A stretch of 64,000 nucleotides of DNA from the NCBI GenBank assembly GCA_973895155.1, contig OZ316897.1, positions 15,003,375 through 15,067,374 of the forward strand. Reading direction: 5' to 3'. Below, piece after piece: positions 23,582-33,895 of the stretch (within the stretch, counting starts at the first letter, position 1; each line of letters begins with the position of its first letter). Origin of the DNA: Marsupella aquatica. Lineage: Eukaryota > Plantae > Marchantiophyta. The position numbers were made by a program, and so were the translations under genes. The notes under the pieces are model-generated. The model ran no database searches. It worked only from the letters and a program-made list of their open reading frames with translations, and was not told where the DNA came from.

Positions 23582-26373
23582 CAGTTCCTAGAAATGTAGT
23601 GAACCTTAAGGTCGTCTGTTCACCCCCCCACCCCATCGCCGGGCACAAGGCATGTTCTGATACAGGGAGGAGCAAAACAATCATGTCAAGCAAGAAGTGT
23701 GGAGAGACCAATCTGTAAGCAAAAATAGGGGAGAACATACATACATCAGCAGCAACAGGAAACAAGAAAGATGAGTTCGGAAAGCATCTTAGGGTCGGGG
23801 ACATCACTGCAACACCGGGACTTAGGATATGACTTGTTCTTAATCTGTTGATAGCATCCGGTAGGCCGGCAACCCATGGCAAAAGGGCAGAGCAGCAATA
23901 ACAGTTTGAATCTGACGGATGAAGCTCCAGGCAAATGAGCTCCAGGCGATTGGGTGCATGATTGAGCAGGCGATTGTAACAGCAGGCACCAGGTAATTTA
24001 AAGGAAGCAACATTCGGCAATGGACCTAGGCAGCTCACAAATTTTGCTTAGCAGCGATGTCACCTAGACCCTAAACACGCAATGCATACATCATCTAGAC
24101 AACTATACTTGCAGTCACGAGGTGAGTCCGCGTCGATAGGGGATTGCAGCCTTACCTGTGCCGATGTAGCACCAAGCCGCCCTAACTAAAGCTGCGTAGC
24201 AATCCGCAGCAATTGCTCAATGCAAAACAAGTCCCCGGTTGGCCTTGCAGCCCGATCATCCACCTTCAACCCTGCCACCAAGCAATGAGCTCTCCGCTGT
24301 TGCTCACCCTAAACCTTCAACACTCCCGCAAAGTTGTGTCTGCCCGCAAGATTGGGTGCATGATTGATTCGGCAATTGTAACAGCAGGCAGCCGCAATCG
24401 GTCGCAGGTCATGGATACACAAGCTCCAATGTGCTCCCTTTAGCTGAAACAATACCAGTTGTCGCTCACCACCAACACTTTCAGCAACAACACATATTTG
24501 TTGTAGTCCGCACCTTAAACCTTAGCCATGGGGTGGTCAATCAAGTTCCGCAATGCCTAAAACACCGACCACCTGACTTACATGAAATGTGCACACAGCT
24601 AAGCTCACCTGTAGCTCACGCCAACCACATTGGGACAACTGAAGTGAATACTGCCGTAGCTAAACTCGACTCCTCGCGACTCTTTCGCGCCTCCGTAGAC
24701 TGCCTTACTCACAGTGCCCAACGCAAAAAAAGTCCCGGTCAATGTTGGAGCCACGATGCTCCACTCCCGTAGTTTGCACTTGCTCAGCTCACTCTGCCAC
24801 AGAAGTAGACTTCTGTCGCACCTCCCTGCAGGTTGACGCTCAACGTTCACTACCCCAACTCACTCAAATTTGAACACTCACAACTCCAAATTGGCAGCTT
24901 CCGCTCTCAACTCCCTAAACTTACACTTGGTAGCTGCAGCCAAAAGCTTGCCGTTTGATGAATACCTCCCGCATCATAGCCCAATGCAGCTCAGCAAGGC
25001 AGCATTATGCAGAGAAGAATCAACTTCTCCATAAGACCAAATCTGAACAAAAATCAGCTTCGACGCATTCTATAGACAGCTCTCACCTTCCCAATCCAAA
25101 TGCACTATAGATTCCCATCAATAAGGCAAGGCAGAGACACAGATGTGGATCCTAATGTAGCACAAGTCTATTTTGCATCCTCCTAGGAACGTTCGGCGCC
25201 GCCCCCTTGCCCCTAGGAGGTCCCACCCGCAACCATTGTTAAGCCACCACAGCTCAAAACTCAATTCGGAACCCAGTAGAGAACAATGCAAACTCATACT
25301 CACAATCGTCGTCGTCCCTTTGTTCGATGATGATGTCCTGGATGACCCCCACCGCATGCACCTTATAAACCTTCAGAGCCCCCTGTCCACAGTACTGCTC
25401 CACCTCCACCTCACCAATCCGCACAAGACCACTCCTCGTGAATAGGCCACAGTGAGCAAGCGAGCACACCAAAAGTTGTCACTACACTTCTTTGAAGGTC
25501 GTAGGTCAATAGGATTCACTCGGGTAAACCTAGGATGGAATTCATAATGTGAGAGTGGCACCTTCCCGCTTGCCAAACAACAACACTTCACCTCTCTGTG
25601 TGCAAGGGATGCAACTCGATAGCAAGTTGCGCGATAGGATTCACCCAAGCAAGCGCACACTAGACGACTGCTTTGACAAGATGTGAAAACTTTCCCGCTC
25701 ATGAAACAACAAGACTCTCACTTTGCGGGCGCACTCTCTCTTTCTCCAAGTCCCTCCACAAAAGCTTTTGGCAGTCAAAAGTTTAGGGCAAAAGCTATTG
25801 CCAGTTGTATCAACTTGCAATTGCGCAACATGGTTCATTGGAAGAGGGCTTCCGATAGAGAAATTGATGCAACGGCATTGCATTGTGCACTTAAGGAAAA
25901 AGAGGTCCTAAATTGGGCCCTTCAATATTCCCATATGAAGGGGGTTCCATTTGATATTGGCTAATTATGGGGTATATATGCAGAGCAAATTTTTAAAATG
26001 AGTTAGTGGATGAAGTGAGTTTTAATATGTGTGTGAGCAGTATGTGACAAGTACCACTAATTGGTTGTGGTGACTTTTTTAAGGTAACTATGTATGTAGA
26101 GTATTAGGGTTTAGGGTGCATCATTATTTTTGGGGGCATGGCACAAATTTTCACACCTTTTTGAACTCAGTTGCGGCCGTGTACATGAATGTTAACTTAA
26201 ATTTGGTTGGTTCTTGTCTAGCTAGAATCACAAATTTGCCCTACTTACCTAAACTTCAATTAGGGTAAAAATGTCATGTATACTTTCTTACAGGGGAACA
26301 ATAAAGAGCAACTCAGTGATGGTTAAAGCAAAGGGAGGTAACTATATATAATTGCATGACATAATGTGATTAA

Positions 26374-26794
26374 TGTTGGGTATTTACTCTTACGTCTAGG
26401 TTAGGTATGACGTGGTTGGTACAACAACGTGGGTTGGTACAACTACGTGGTTAGGTACAACTATGTGGTTAGGTACAACTACGTGATTAGGTACAACTAC
26501 GTGATTAGGTACAACTATGTGGTTAGGTACAACTAAGTTGCACACTATATCATAAGAGGCATGTGTGCTTGGAGAGGTAAAACCAAGGCTCATTGTTATG
26601 GAGCCACTTGAGAGATAGGGAGAGCTTACACTGTGGAGACTCGGTATAGCCGACGGGCTTAGAGTTCAGTAAAGCTCTCTTGTGTGTTCCCGTGGACGTA
26701 GCCTCAAGGAGGTGAACCACGTATCTCTTGTGTCGACTATTGTGCGTTGGATGGTTCATGGGCTTGCCGTTGTGATCGTCGTCTATGCTCAACA
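26374..26794 (+). repeat. 5' LTR
   Basis: TGTT...AACA, followed by the PBS; near-identical to the 3' LTR. Confidence 0.97.
26408..26535 (+). promoter_or_regulatory. U3 tandem 18-bp repeat array (consensus TACGTGGTTAGGTACAAC x ~7)
   Basis: Seven GGTACAAC and five ACGTG cores upstream of a TATAT box; identical array at ~31744-31871. Confidence 0.8.
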
Positions 26795-27160
26795 ATTGGT
26801 ATCAGAGCATGCTTGGGAGGTGACGTGTGTTCGTGACAGGATTTCATGACGGTTTTTCCAGCGTTGAGTGTTGGTGGATTTTCCAGAGTTCCATCGCATG
26901 GAACTTGGAGTTTATGGGCTCAACGGATAGATTAGGGCAAGAGCTTTCTAACGGTGTGAAGAAATCGTTGAACGGAGCTCGTGGTGCAGAGAGATCTAAG
27001 TTTTCGTCATTCTGGATTTTGTGAAGAAAGTTGGCAATCGACTCGGAGGGAGAAGCGTCAAGTGTTTTGACTCAACGGAGAGATTGAGGCAAGACGATTG
27101 TTTTTGAGTCCGGGATTGGCTCTTTGATGCAAAGAGGAAGGCTAAGCAAAATCAATTACC

Positions 27161-28246
27161 TTGTTGGACTTGGTGACGGCACCAAGTGCAATTGATCAAC
27201 ATTCGTTGTTGACAAGTGATTCGGAGGAGTTTTTCGAAGACGTGGAACTTGAAGCACGAGGATCACCGCGGAGGTTTCAGGGGCAGAGAGAGGAGCAGGA
27301 GGAAGAGCACGTGACACCGATACCATCACCGGTGCGGCGTGTGGTGGAGGAAGCAGTACTACTACCGGAGCTCACGGTAAAGAAGAAGATGGGGACTTTC
27401 AAGCTTGGGGGACCCAAGTATGAAGTGACAAAGTATGATGGGCGCTCTGACTACTTGCTATGGGAGAAGCAGGTGAAGGGAGTGCTTTATGCGTCAGGGA
27501 TGGGCCAACTGCTGAGCCCTCGTGAAGACGATGTTGATGAGAAACAATGGGACCGCATGCAGGAGCAGGGAGTGTGGTGTGTTACACTCTATCTCATGCC
27601 TCCCATCATCAAGCAGTTGGGTGCACATAAGGATTGCATGTCCTTGTTTGCGGAATTGCAGAGCAAGTATCACCGCAAGGAGTTGTCGAACCGGCTCTAC
27701 ACTTCCTACAAACTGATGAGTTTCAGGATGAAGGAATCTGGTACGAAGTTGCAAGACCATGTGGATGCTTTCAATGACATGGTCGTTGACTTGGAAAACC
27801 TTGGGGAGACTTTGAATGATGAGACGAAGGCTCTACAGCTTCTTAGTTCATTGCCTCCATCTTACCAGTCCCTATCACGAGTGTTGTTGCATCGTGATAG
27901 GGATACCATTTCATACAATGACGTGGTAAGTTCTCTGCTTAGTGATGATCTTCAGCAGAAGATGCACATCATGTCACAGCCTTCATCATCTGGTGCTGCC
28001 CTCAATGTTAACCGTGGGAGGAGTATGCAGCGACCAACTGGGGACCGTAGAACCCAGTTTAGATCTAAATCCAGATCTAAGTCCAAGGGTAAATCCCCTC
28101 AGAGGAGGCAGGTGACATGTTGGAAGTGCAACCAAGTTGGACACTTCAAGCGAGACTGTAAGGGAAAGGCAGCGGAAACTTCATCGGCAAATGTGGCTAG
28201 GGCTGATGGAGAAGCTGATTTACTCAATGATGAGTATGTTTTATGA
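27161..28246 (+). CDS. gag: Copia Gag (first ATG 27389; zinc knuckle CWKCNQVGHFKRDC), ending in TGA
   Basis: KYEVTKYDG...LW, UBN2-like KALQLLSSLPPSY, CCHC knuckle. Confidence 0.93.
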   Translation: MLDLVTAPSAIDQHSLLTSDSEEFFEDVELEARGSPRRFQGQREEQEEEHVTPIPSPVRRVVEEAVLLPELTVKKKMGTFKLGGPKYEVTKYDGRSDYLLWEKQVKGVLYASGMGQLLSPREDDVDEKQWDRMQEQGVWCVTLYLMPPIIKQLGAHKDCMSLFAELQSKYHRKELSNRLYTSYKLMSFRMKESGTKLQDHVDAFNDMVVDLENLGETLNDETKALQLLSSLPPSYQSLSRVLLHRDRDTISYNDVVSSLLSDDLQQKMHIMSQPSSSGAALNVNRGRSMQRPTGDRRTQFRSKSRSKSKGKSPQRRQVTCWKCNQVGHFKRDCKGKAAETSSANVARADGEADLLNDEYVL

Positions 28247-31200
28247 AGCCGGGGGTATGCCCTGTGCACATCATCTAGGAGAGCAGATGATGTGTGGATT
28301 CTTGATTGTGCTTGCTCTTTTCATATTTGTTACATTCGTGAGTTTTTCAGTTCTTACTCTGTTTCAAACGGTTCAGTTCTGATGGGAAATGATCACTCCT
28401 GTCAAATTGAGGGAATTGGGTCTGTGAAGATTCAAATATTTGATGGCGCTGTGCGCACAGTGTCCGGAGTCAGGTATGTACCTGGCATGCGTAAGAATCT
28501 GATTTCACTCGGTGTGTTGGATTCAAATGGTCATCAATGGAGCGTTATTGATGGTGAACTTCAAGTCAGGTCGGGAGAGACAGTGATTTTGAAGGGGAGT
28601 AGACAAAAGAATTTGTATGTGTTACAGGGCAATACTGTATGTGGAGAGGCCAATGTAACCAAGTCTCACGAGGAGATGACTCAACTGTGGCATTCACGGC
28701 TAGGCCACATGAGTGAGAAGGGTTTGGCTATCTTACGGAAGAATGGACTCATTTCTGATTTGCAATCTTGTAAATTAGAGTTTTGTGAGCATTGCATTCT
28801 TGGAAAGCAGCATCGTCGTGCTTTTGGTATTGGAACTCATCGTTCCAAAGCGGTTCTTGAGTACATACATAGTGACGTGTGGGGTCCATCCCCGACTCCC
28901 TCACACTCTAGAAAGTTGTACTATGTATCATTTATTGATGATTACTCAACATTTGTGTGGATTTATTTCATGACGCATAAGTCTGATGTCTTGTCCATTT
29001 TTAAGAAGTGGAAGGCCCAGGTGGAGAATCAGACTGGAAACACGATCAAGTGTTTGGATACAAGGGTGAAGAGTCTGAGGTCAGACAACGGCGGGGAGTA
29101 CACTTCAATGGAATTTGAAGAGTACTGTTCAGAACAGGGGATAACTCGCCATCTGACCACAGTTTATACTCCGCAGCAGAATGGTGTCGCTGAGAGGCTC
29201 AATCGGACACTGTTGGAGCGGTCACGGAGTATGTTGAGCCAATCAGGTTTACCACAAGAATTTTGGGCAGAAGCTGTCAATACCGCAGCTTATTTGGTAA
29301 ATCTTTCTCCTTCTAGTGCTATCAATTTCAAAACGCCGTTTGAGATGCGCTATAAGCGGCAAGCAGACTATCATGGCTTGGTAATTTTTGGAAGTGATGC
29401 ATATGCTCTCACACCAAAGCAGAATAGGACCAAGTTGGATCCTACCTCCAGGAAATGTGTTTTTCTTGGGTACCAGAGTGGTGTGAAAGCCTATAGGCTA
29501 TGGGATCCTATTGCCTGTAAGCTCGTTGTCAGTAGGGATGTTTCCTTCAATGAATCCAGATTATTGAAGGAGGGGGAGAATACTCAGGTCTCCCGTACTG
29601 ACAAAGGAAAATCTCCTATCCCGGATCTCGTTGAGGGGGAGATTGGTTATGAGGTGCATGACCGGAGAGAAGGAGTTGCTCCAATTATGGAGCTGGTTCC
29701 TGTGCCAGAGGAACCAGAGGAGTTTGTTGATGCTGGTGAGCAGCAAGTGGATGCTGTTGAGCTTCAAATTGTACCAGCACACGCAGATCAACCGGAGTCA
29801 TCGGCTAGAAGAACATCTGGTCGCACTATACGCGCTCCACCAAGGTATGGACAGTGGGTTGATTCATCTCAACTGCAAGAGGATGATTTTACAGCTGATG
29901 ATGAGGGTGATGCGTTAATTTTGGAAGAAGGAGAACCTTCTTCATTTCATGAGGCAAGTGCTTCAAAGGAGAAGCAGAAGTGGACTGCAGCAATGCAAAC
30001 GGAGATGCAGTCAATAAAGGACAACAAAACTTGGGAGCTTGTTAAGCTGCCTAAGGGTCAGCAAGTGGTGGACAGCAAGTGGATTTACAAGCTGAAGGAT
30101 AATTCCATAGGAGGTGGATCGAAGGTCTACAAGGCTAGATTAGTAGCAAAGGGATTCACACAAGAGAAAGGTGTGGATTACAATGAGGTCTTCTCACCAG
30201 TTGCTAAGTACTCTACAATACGACTATTGTGTGTACTTGTTGTAATGTTTGGTCTGCTCCTAGATCAGATGGATGTTGTCACAGCTTTCCTCTATGGCAC
30301 ATTGGAAGAGGTGATCTTCATGAGACAACCGCTAGGTTTTGTGAAGAGAGGACAGGAGGAATTGGTTTGCAGATTGCTAAAATCCTTGTATGGGTTGAAG
30401 CAGTCACCAAGACAGTGGAACAAGCGGTTTGACGATTGGATTCGGTCACAAGGTTTTCATAGAAGTGTATTTGACCCTTGTGTGTATTTGAAACCAGTGA
30501 AGAATGTTATCTTTGGGTTCATTGTTTTAGTACTTTATGTGGATGACATGCTAATTGCAGCCAAGGATAGGTCTGAGATTGTTAAGCTCAAGGCACTGCT
30601 TAGTGCAGAGTTTAAGATGAAGGACTTAGGGCCAGCTAAGAGGATTTTGGGTATGGAGATCACTAGGGACTTGGAGGCTGGCAAGCTATGGTTGACGCAG
30701 AGCAGTTATGCGAGGAAGGTAATTGCAAGGTTCAACATGGGGAATAGCAAGCCAGTAAGTACCCCATTGGCTCCACACTTCAAGTTATCATTAGCGTTCT
30801 GTCCTACGGATGACACAGAGAAGGGGTTGATGTCAAAGGTTCCGTATGACAAGGTAGTGGGGAGTCTCATGTATTTGATGACTTGCACTAGACCTGATCT
30901 TGCCATGGCTATGGGCAAGGTGAGCAGGTACATGTCGAATCCAGGGAAGGTACATTGGGAAGCAGTGAAGTGGATTATCAGGTACTTGAAGGGTACCGTG
31001 GATCATGGTCTTTTATTTGATGCGAATGCAAAGAATGCTAAATCATTGATTGGCTATGTTGATTCTGACTATGGACAAGATTTGGACCGAAGGAGATCAA
31101 CAACAGGATACGTGTTCATACTTGGCGGTGGATGCATAAATTGGAGGTCTACTTTGCAGAAGTGTATTGCTCAGTCTACTACAAAAGCGGAGTATGTTGC

Positions 31201-31519
31201 AGCTGCGGAAGCAGCAAAGGAAGCGATTTGGTTGGATAGACTTATCACTGAAATGGGATTGCCACAGGGGAATGTGAAGCTCCATTGTGATAGTCAAAGT
31301 GCGCTCCACCTTGCTGTGAACCAGGTGATGGACAGTAGAGTGAAGCACATTGACGTTAGGTACCATTTTATCAGGCAGACTGTGTCTGATAATTTGTTTG
31401 AGCTAGTCAAGATTGATGGTAAACTCAACCCGGCTGACGCATTTACCAAAGTGATTCCTTTGGAGAGTTTCTCTAGACACCGTGACGTATTGCAGGTTTT
31501 GCAATTGTATCACAAGTAG
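28247..31519 (+). CDS. pol: Copia Pol (PR-IN-RT-RH), same frame as gag and separated from it by a single TGA
   Basis: WILDCACSFH (PR), HSDVWGP/LRSDNGGEY/QQNGVAER (IN), YKARLVAKGF/QMDVVTAFL/LYGLKQSPRQW/LYVDDML (RT), GYVDSD/AEY/CDSQ/KHID/ADAFTK (RH); no stops between 28247 and 31516. Confidence 0.95.
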   Translation, partial: SRGYALCTSSRRADDVWILDCACSFHICYIREFFSSYSVSNGSVLMGNDHSCQIEGIGSVKIQIFDGAVRTVSGVRYVPGMRKNLISLGVLDSNGHQWSVIDGELQVRSGETVILKGSRQKNLYVLQGNTVCGEANVTKSHEEMTQLWHSRLGHMSEKGLAILRKNGLISDLQSCKLEFCEHCILGKQHRRAFGIGTHRSKAVLEYIHSDVWGPSPTPSHSRKLYYVSFIDDYSTFVWIYFMTHKSDVLSIFKKWKAQVENQTGNTIKCLDTRVKSLRSDNGGEYTSMEFEEYCSEQGITRHLTTVYTPQQNGVAERLNRTLLERSRSMLSQSGLPQEFWAEAVNTAAYLVNLSPSSAINFKTPFEMRYKRQADYHGLVIFGSDAYALTPKQNRTKLDPTSRKCVFLGYQSGVKAYRLWDPIACKLVVSRDVSFNESRLLKEGENTQVSRTDKGKSPIPDLVEGEIGYEVHDRREGVAPIMELVPVPEEPEEFVDAGEQQVDAVELQIVPAHADQPESSARRTSGRTIRAPPRYGQWVDSSQLQEDDFTADDEGDALILEEGEPSSFHEASASKEKQKWTAAMQTEMQSIKDNKTWELVKLPKGQQVVDSKWIYKLKDNSIGGGSKVYKARLVAKGFTQEKGVDYNEVFSPVAKYSTIRLLCVLVVMFGLLLDQMDVVTAFLYGTLEEVIFMRQPLGFVKRGQEELVCRLLKSLYGLKQSPRQWNKRFDDWIRSQGFHRSVFDPCVYLKPVKNVIFGFIVLVLYVDDMLIAAKDRSEIVKLKALLSAEFKMKDLGPAKRILGMEITRDLEAGKLWLTQSSYARKVIARFNMGNSKPVSTPLAPHFKLSLAFCPTDDTEKGLMSKVPYDKVVGSLMYLMTCTRPDLAMAMGKVSRYMSNPGKVHWEAVKWIIRYLKGTVDHGLLFDANAKNAKSLIGYVDSDYGQDLDRRRSTTGYVFILGGGCINWRSTLQKCIAQSTTKAEYVAAAEAAKEAIWLDRLITEMGLPQGNVKLHCDSQSALHLAVNQVMDSRVKHIDVRYHFIRQTVSDNLFELVKIDGKLNPADAFTKVIPLESFSRHRDVLQVLQLYHK

Positions 31520-31709
31520 AGTTTTCTTAACATTCATTGTAATTACTGATATATGCTCTTCCTCATTCCTATGTATTAGGCTACGGCTTAGTTCTGGTTT
31601 GCTCTAGTTAGAGAGGGAAACCGGTTTGGTTTTTGTCCAAAACTTCCCGCTGAGGGATCATATACATTGGCAGTATTACTCTCCCCTAGACCAGAGTCAA
31701 GGGGAAGAT

Positions 31710-32130
31710 TGTTGGGTATTTACTCTTACGTCTAGGTTAGGTATGACGTGGTTGGTACAACAACGTGGGTTGGTACAACTACGTGGTTAGGTACAACTAT
31801 GTGGTTAGGTACAACTACGTGATTAGGTACAACTACGTGATTAGGTACAACTATGTGGTTAGGTACAACTAAGTTGCACACTATATCATAAGAGGCATGT
31901 GTGCTTGGAGAGGTAGAACCAAGGCTCATTGTTATGGAGCCACTTGAGAGATAGGGAGAGCTTACACTGTGGAGACTCGGTATAGCCGACGGGCTTAGAG
32001 TTCAGTAAAGCTCTCTTGTGTGTTCCCGTGGACGTAGCCTCAAGGAGATGAACCACGTATCTCTTGTGTCGACTATTGTGCGTTGGATGGTTCATGGGCT
32101 TGCCGTTGTGATCGTCGTCTATGCTCAACA
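31710..32130 (+). repeat. 3' LTR
   Basis: Preceded by the PPT, followed by the TSD ATTAA. Confidence 0.97.
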
Positions 32131-32398
32131 ATTAATATGATGGATCCAAAATCATATGTATTGGGCAAGGAAATCATGTAAGTCATGGTCACTTATATAA
32201 CTTCAATATACTTGCCTTAACTCAGTTACAGAAGCAACTTTCCCAATAGTTAAATACATGACTTCCCAGAACTTCACCAAAAGTGAGTCAAGAAGATGTA
32301 ACAAAGATGACACCCTAAACCTTGGAGTCACTTATTTTCAAAGGTCTCACACAAGTCATGTAAGGCTGGGTCTCAGAATGGCTCGGTTTCTTCTAGTG

Positions 32399-33895
32399 GG
32401 TCACCCTGACACATTGCATGCCTTAGAGATTTCTCAGAATTTTTTAAAAACAGAGTTTGCGAACTTTTTGCGATGCGGGTTGCTTCACAAATGTTTCGCA
32501 AAGTCTATCATGGCATTTTTTAAAGTTGTAGATGTGAAACTATTGCGAACTAACCCACTTCGCAAACTACTTTGCAAACAGCCAATTTATTTGAATTTGC
32601 GAAGCGGGGAGTTTTGCAAGTGTGTATTATGTTTAAAAAATACCGCTAAGGGTTATTGAGCCCAATTTTGTGTTAGGGAGCACCCTATTAGCACCTCCAT
32701 GCATTTTTCTTGGGTTTATGGCATATTAACCCCGATCGATTTTGGTTTTGGAATGTTTGGTTGTGGTAGTATAAGAGGTACCGTAGGAAGATAACAGCAA
32801 AAGAGATGGAGATAGGAGCTGCGCATGGAGCCAAACATCTCTTTGACTTGGTTGACGCAGAGTTGGCGACTATAAGTGCATGTATCCCCTTCAGTTTTTC
32901 CCACCCAATCCACTTATCTTTTCATTCCGTAAACCTAAACCAATTTGGCGTTGTGCTGTGCAAACAGGATGATGAGGATGCCAGTGATACCAGCAGCACC
33001 GATGAGAACAATGAGGGGACCACGACAAAGGGGCCCAATGTAGGAGGGAGTAGTGGATCTGGACCAGTAGAAGGAGTTTCCCAGCAGGAGGGGGAGGAAG
33101 AGGATGAGGAGGAGGACGAGGAGGAACCAGATGTGGAGGAGCAGCCAGCACCACCTCCTGTGCCACGTCCGGATCGTCGCAAGAGGGACAAGGGGAAGAG
33201 GCCGGCGACAAGGAGTAGGAGGACCCCATTCTAGAGCTTGGTGGTGTAGTGCCCATGAGATGCCCATTTACTTAGTGTAGTATATAGTTTTTATATGGGT
33301 AGTCTTATAGGGACCTAGCTTGTCATATGACACCCATCTAGGGTTTAGGGTTTAGAAAACCCTAATTTTTGTGTACCTATCAATTTTCTATAAAGCAATT
33401 TTGATTCAGACCTCATTCTCCGTGTTGGACAACAAGACCCCAACCATAATTCAAAACTCTAAATCTAAACCCTAGCCTCAAGATAGCTTGCGAAACCTAT
33501 GCGAACAACCCAAATTGCATATTTACCATACTGAAGGTATCATAAACATTATGCGAACCACATAAGTTCACACAAATGCGAAGCGATCTTCATTCATTTA
33601 ATATCACAAACATATTACCAAACTCGTGGAATCGCAAATATGGAACTGCTCGATTATTATCGCAAGCCTATCGCGACGCCCACGGAGTCGCTTAAATGTG
33701 AGTCCTTTGCGATTCTATTCGTGTCGCAAGTTGCGAAGGCGTTGCGAAGGTCTTGCAAAAGACCGGATGCAAACCTTTGGGCTTTGCAGTTTGCAATTCT
33801 ATTGCGACGCGCGATACTTTGCAAAGGCGAGTTTTGTTTTTCGATTTCTTTTGTTGTTTGCGATGCTTTCAAGTTCGCAAAAGGTGTAGGTAGTG
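32399..33895 (+). mobile_element. Terminal fragment of a second CACTA-type element (GCGAA/TTCGC subterminal repeats, ends TAGTG)
   Basis: Dense (T)GCGAA/TTCGC(A) motifs at 32455-32620 and 33490-33880, ending at ...GGTGTAGGTAGTG 33895, where LINE sequence abruptly begins. Contains an acidic/basic ORF tail (32806-33234). Confidence 0.55.

Larger units (their letters stand above)
26374..32130 (+). mobile_element. Full-length, young Ty1/copia LTR retrotransposon (Tork/Tnt1-like) nested in the CACTA 5' subterminal region
   Basis: 421-bp LTRs (26374-26794, 31710-32130) differing at only 2 positions that I could find; 5-bp TSD ATTAA (26369-26373 / 32131-32135); PBS TGGTATCAGAGCA 26797-26809; PPT AAGGGGAAGA ~31699-31708. 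Confidence 0.98.
8635..32398 (-). mobile_element. Large CACTA (En/Spm) DNA transposon, ~18 kb without the nested copia
   Basis: Left TIR CACTAGAAGAATCCGAG (8635) and right TIR CTCGGTTTCTTCTAGTG (ending 32398) match 16/17. GTGAC/GTCAC subterminal repeats occur at both ends, and TnpD and TnpA genes lie inside. The flanking 3-mers (ACA vs GGT) do not form a TSD. Confidence 0.88.

Noticed and set aside
26408-26535. CRISPR-like appearance of the short repeat array
   Set aside because: Head-to-tail units without unique spacers, inside a eukaryotic LTR; no cas genes.
26396-26593. ORF with VVPNH repeats (also 31732-31929)
   Set aside because: Antisense translation of the 18-bp LTR tandem repeat; not a gene.
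28244-28246. Selenocysteine or RNA-editing explanation for the gag/pol UGA
   Set aside because: Land plants lack the Sec machinery and ADAR-type nuclear mRNA editing, and U-to-C editing is organellar; readthrough or splicing are more plausible.
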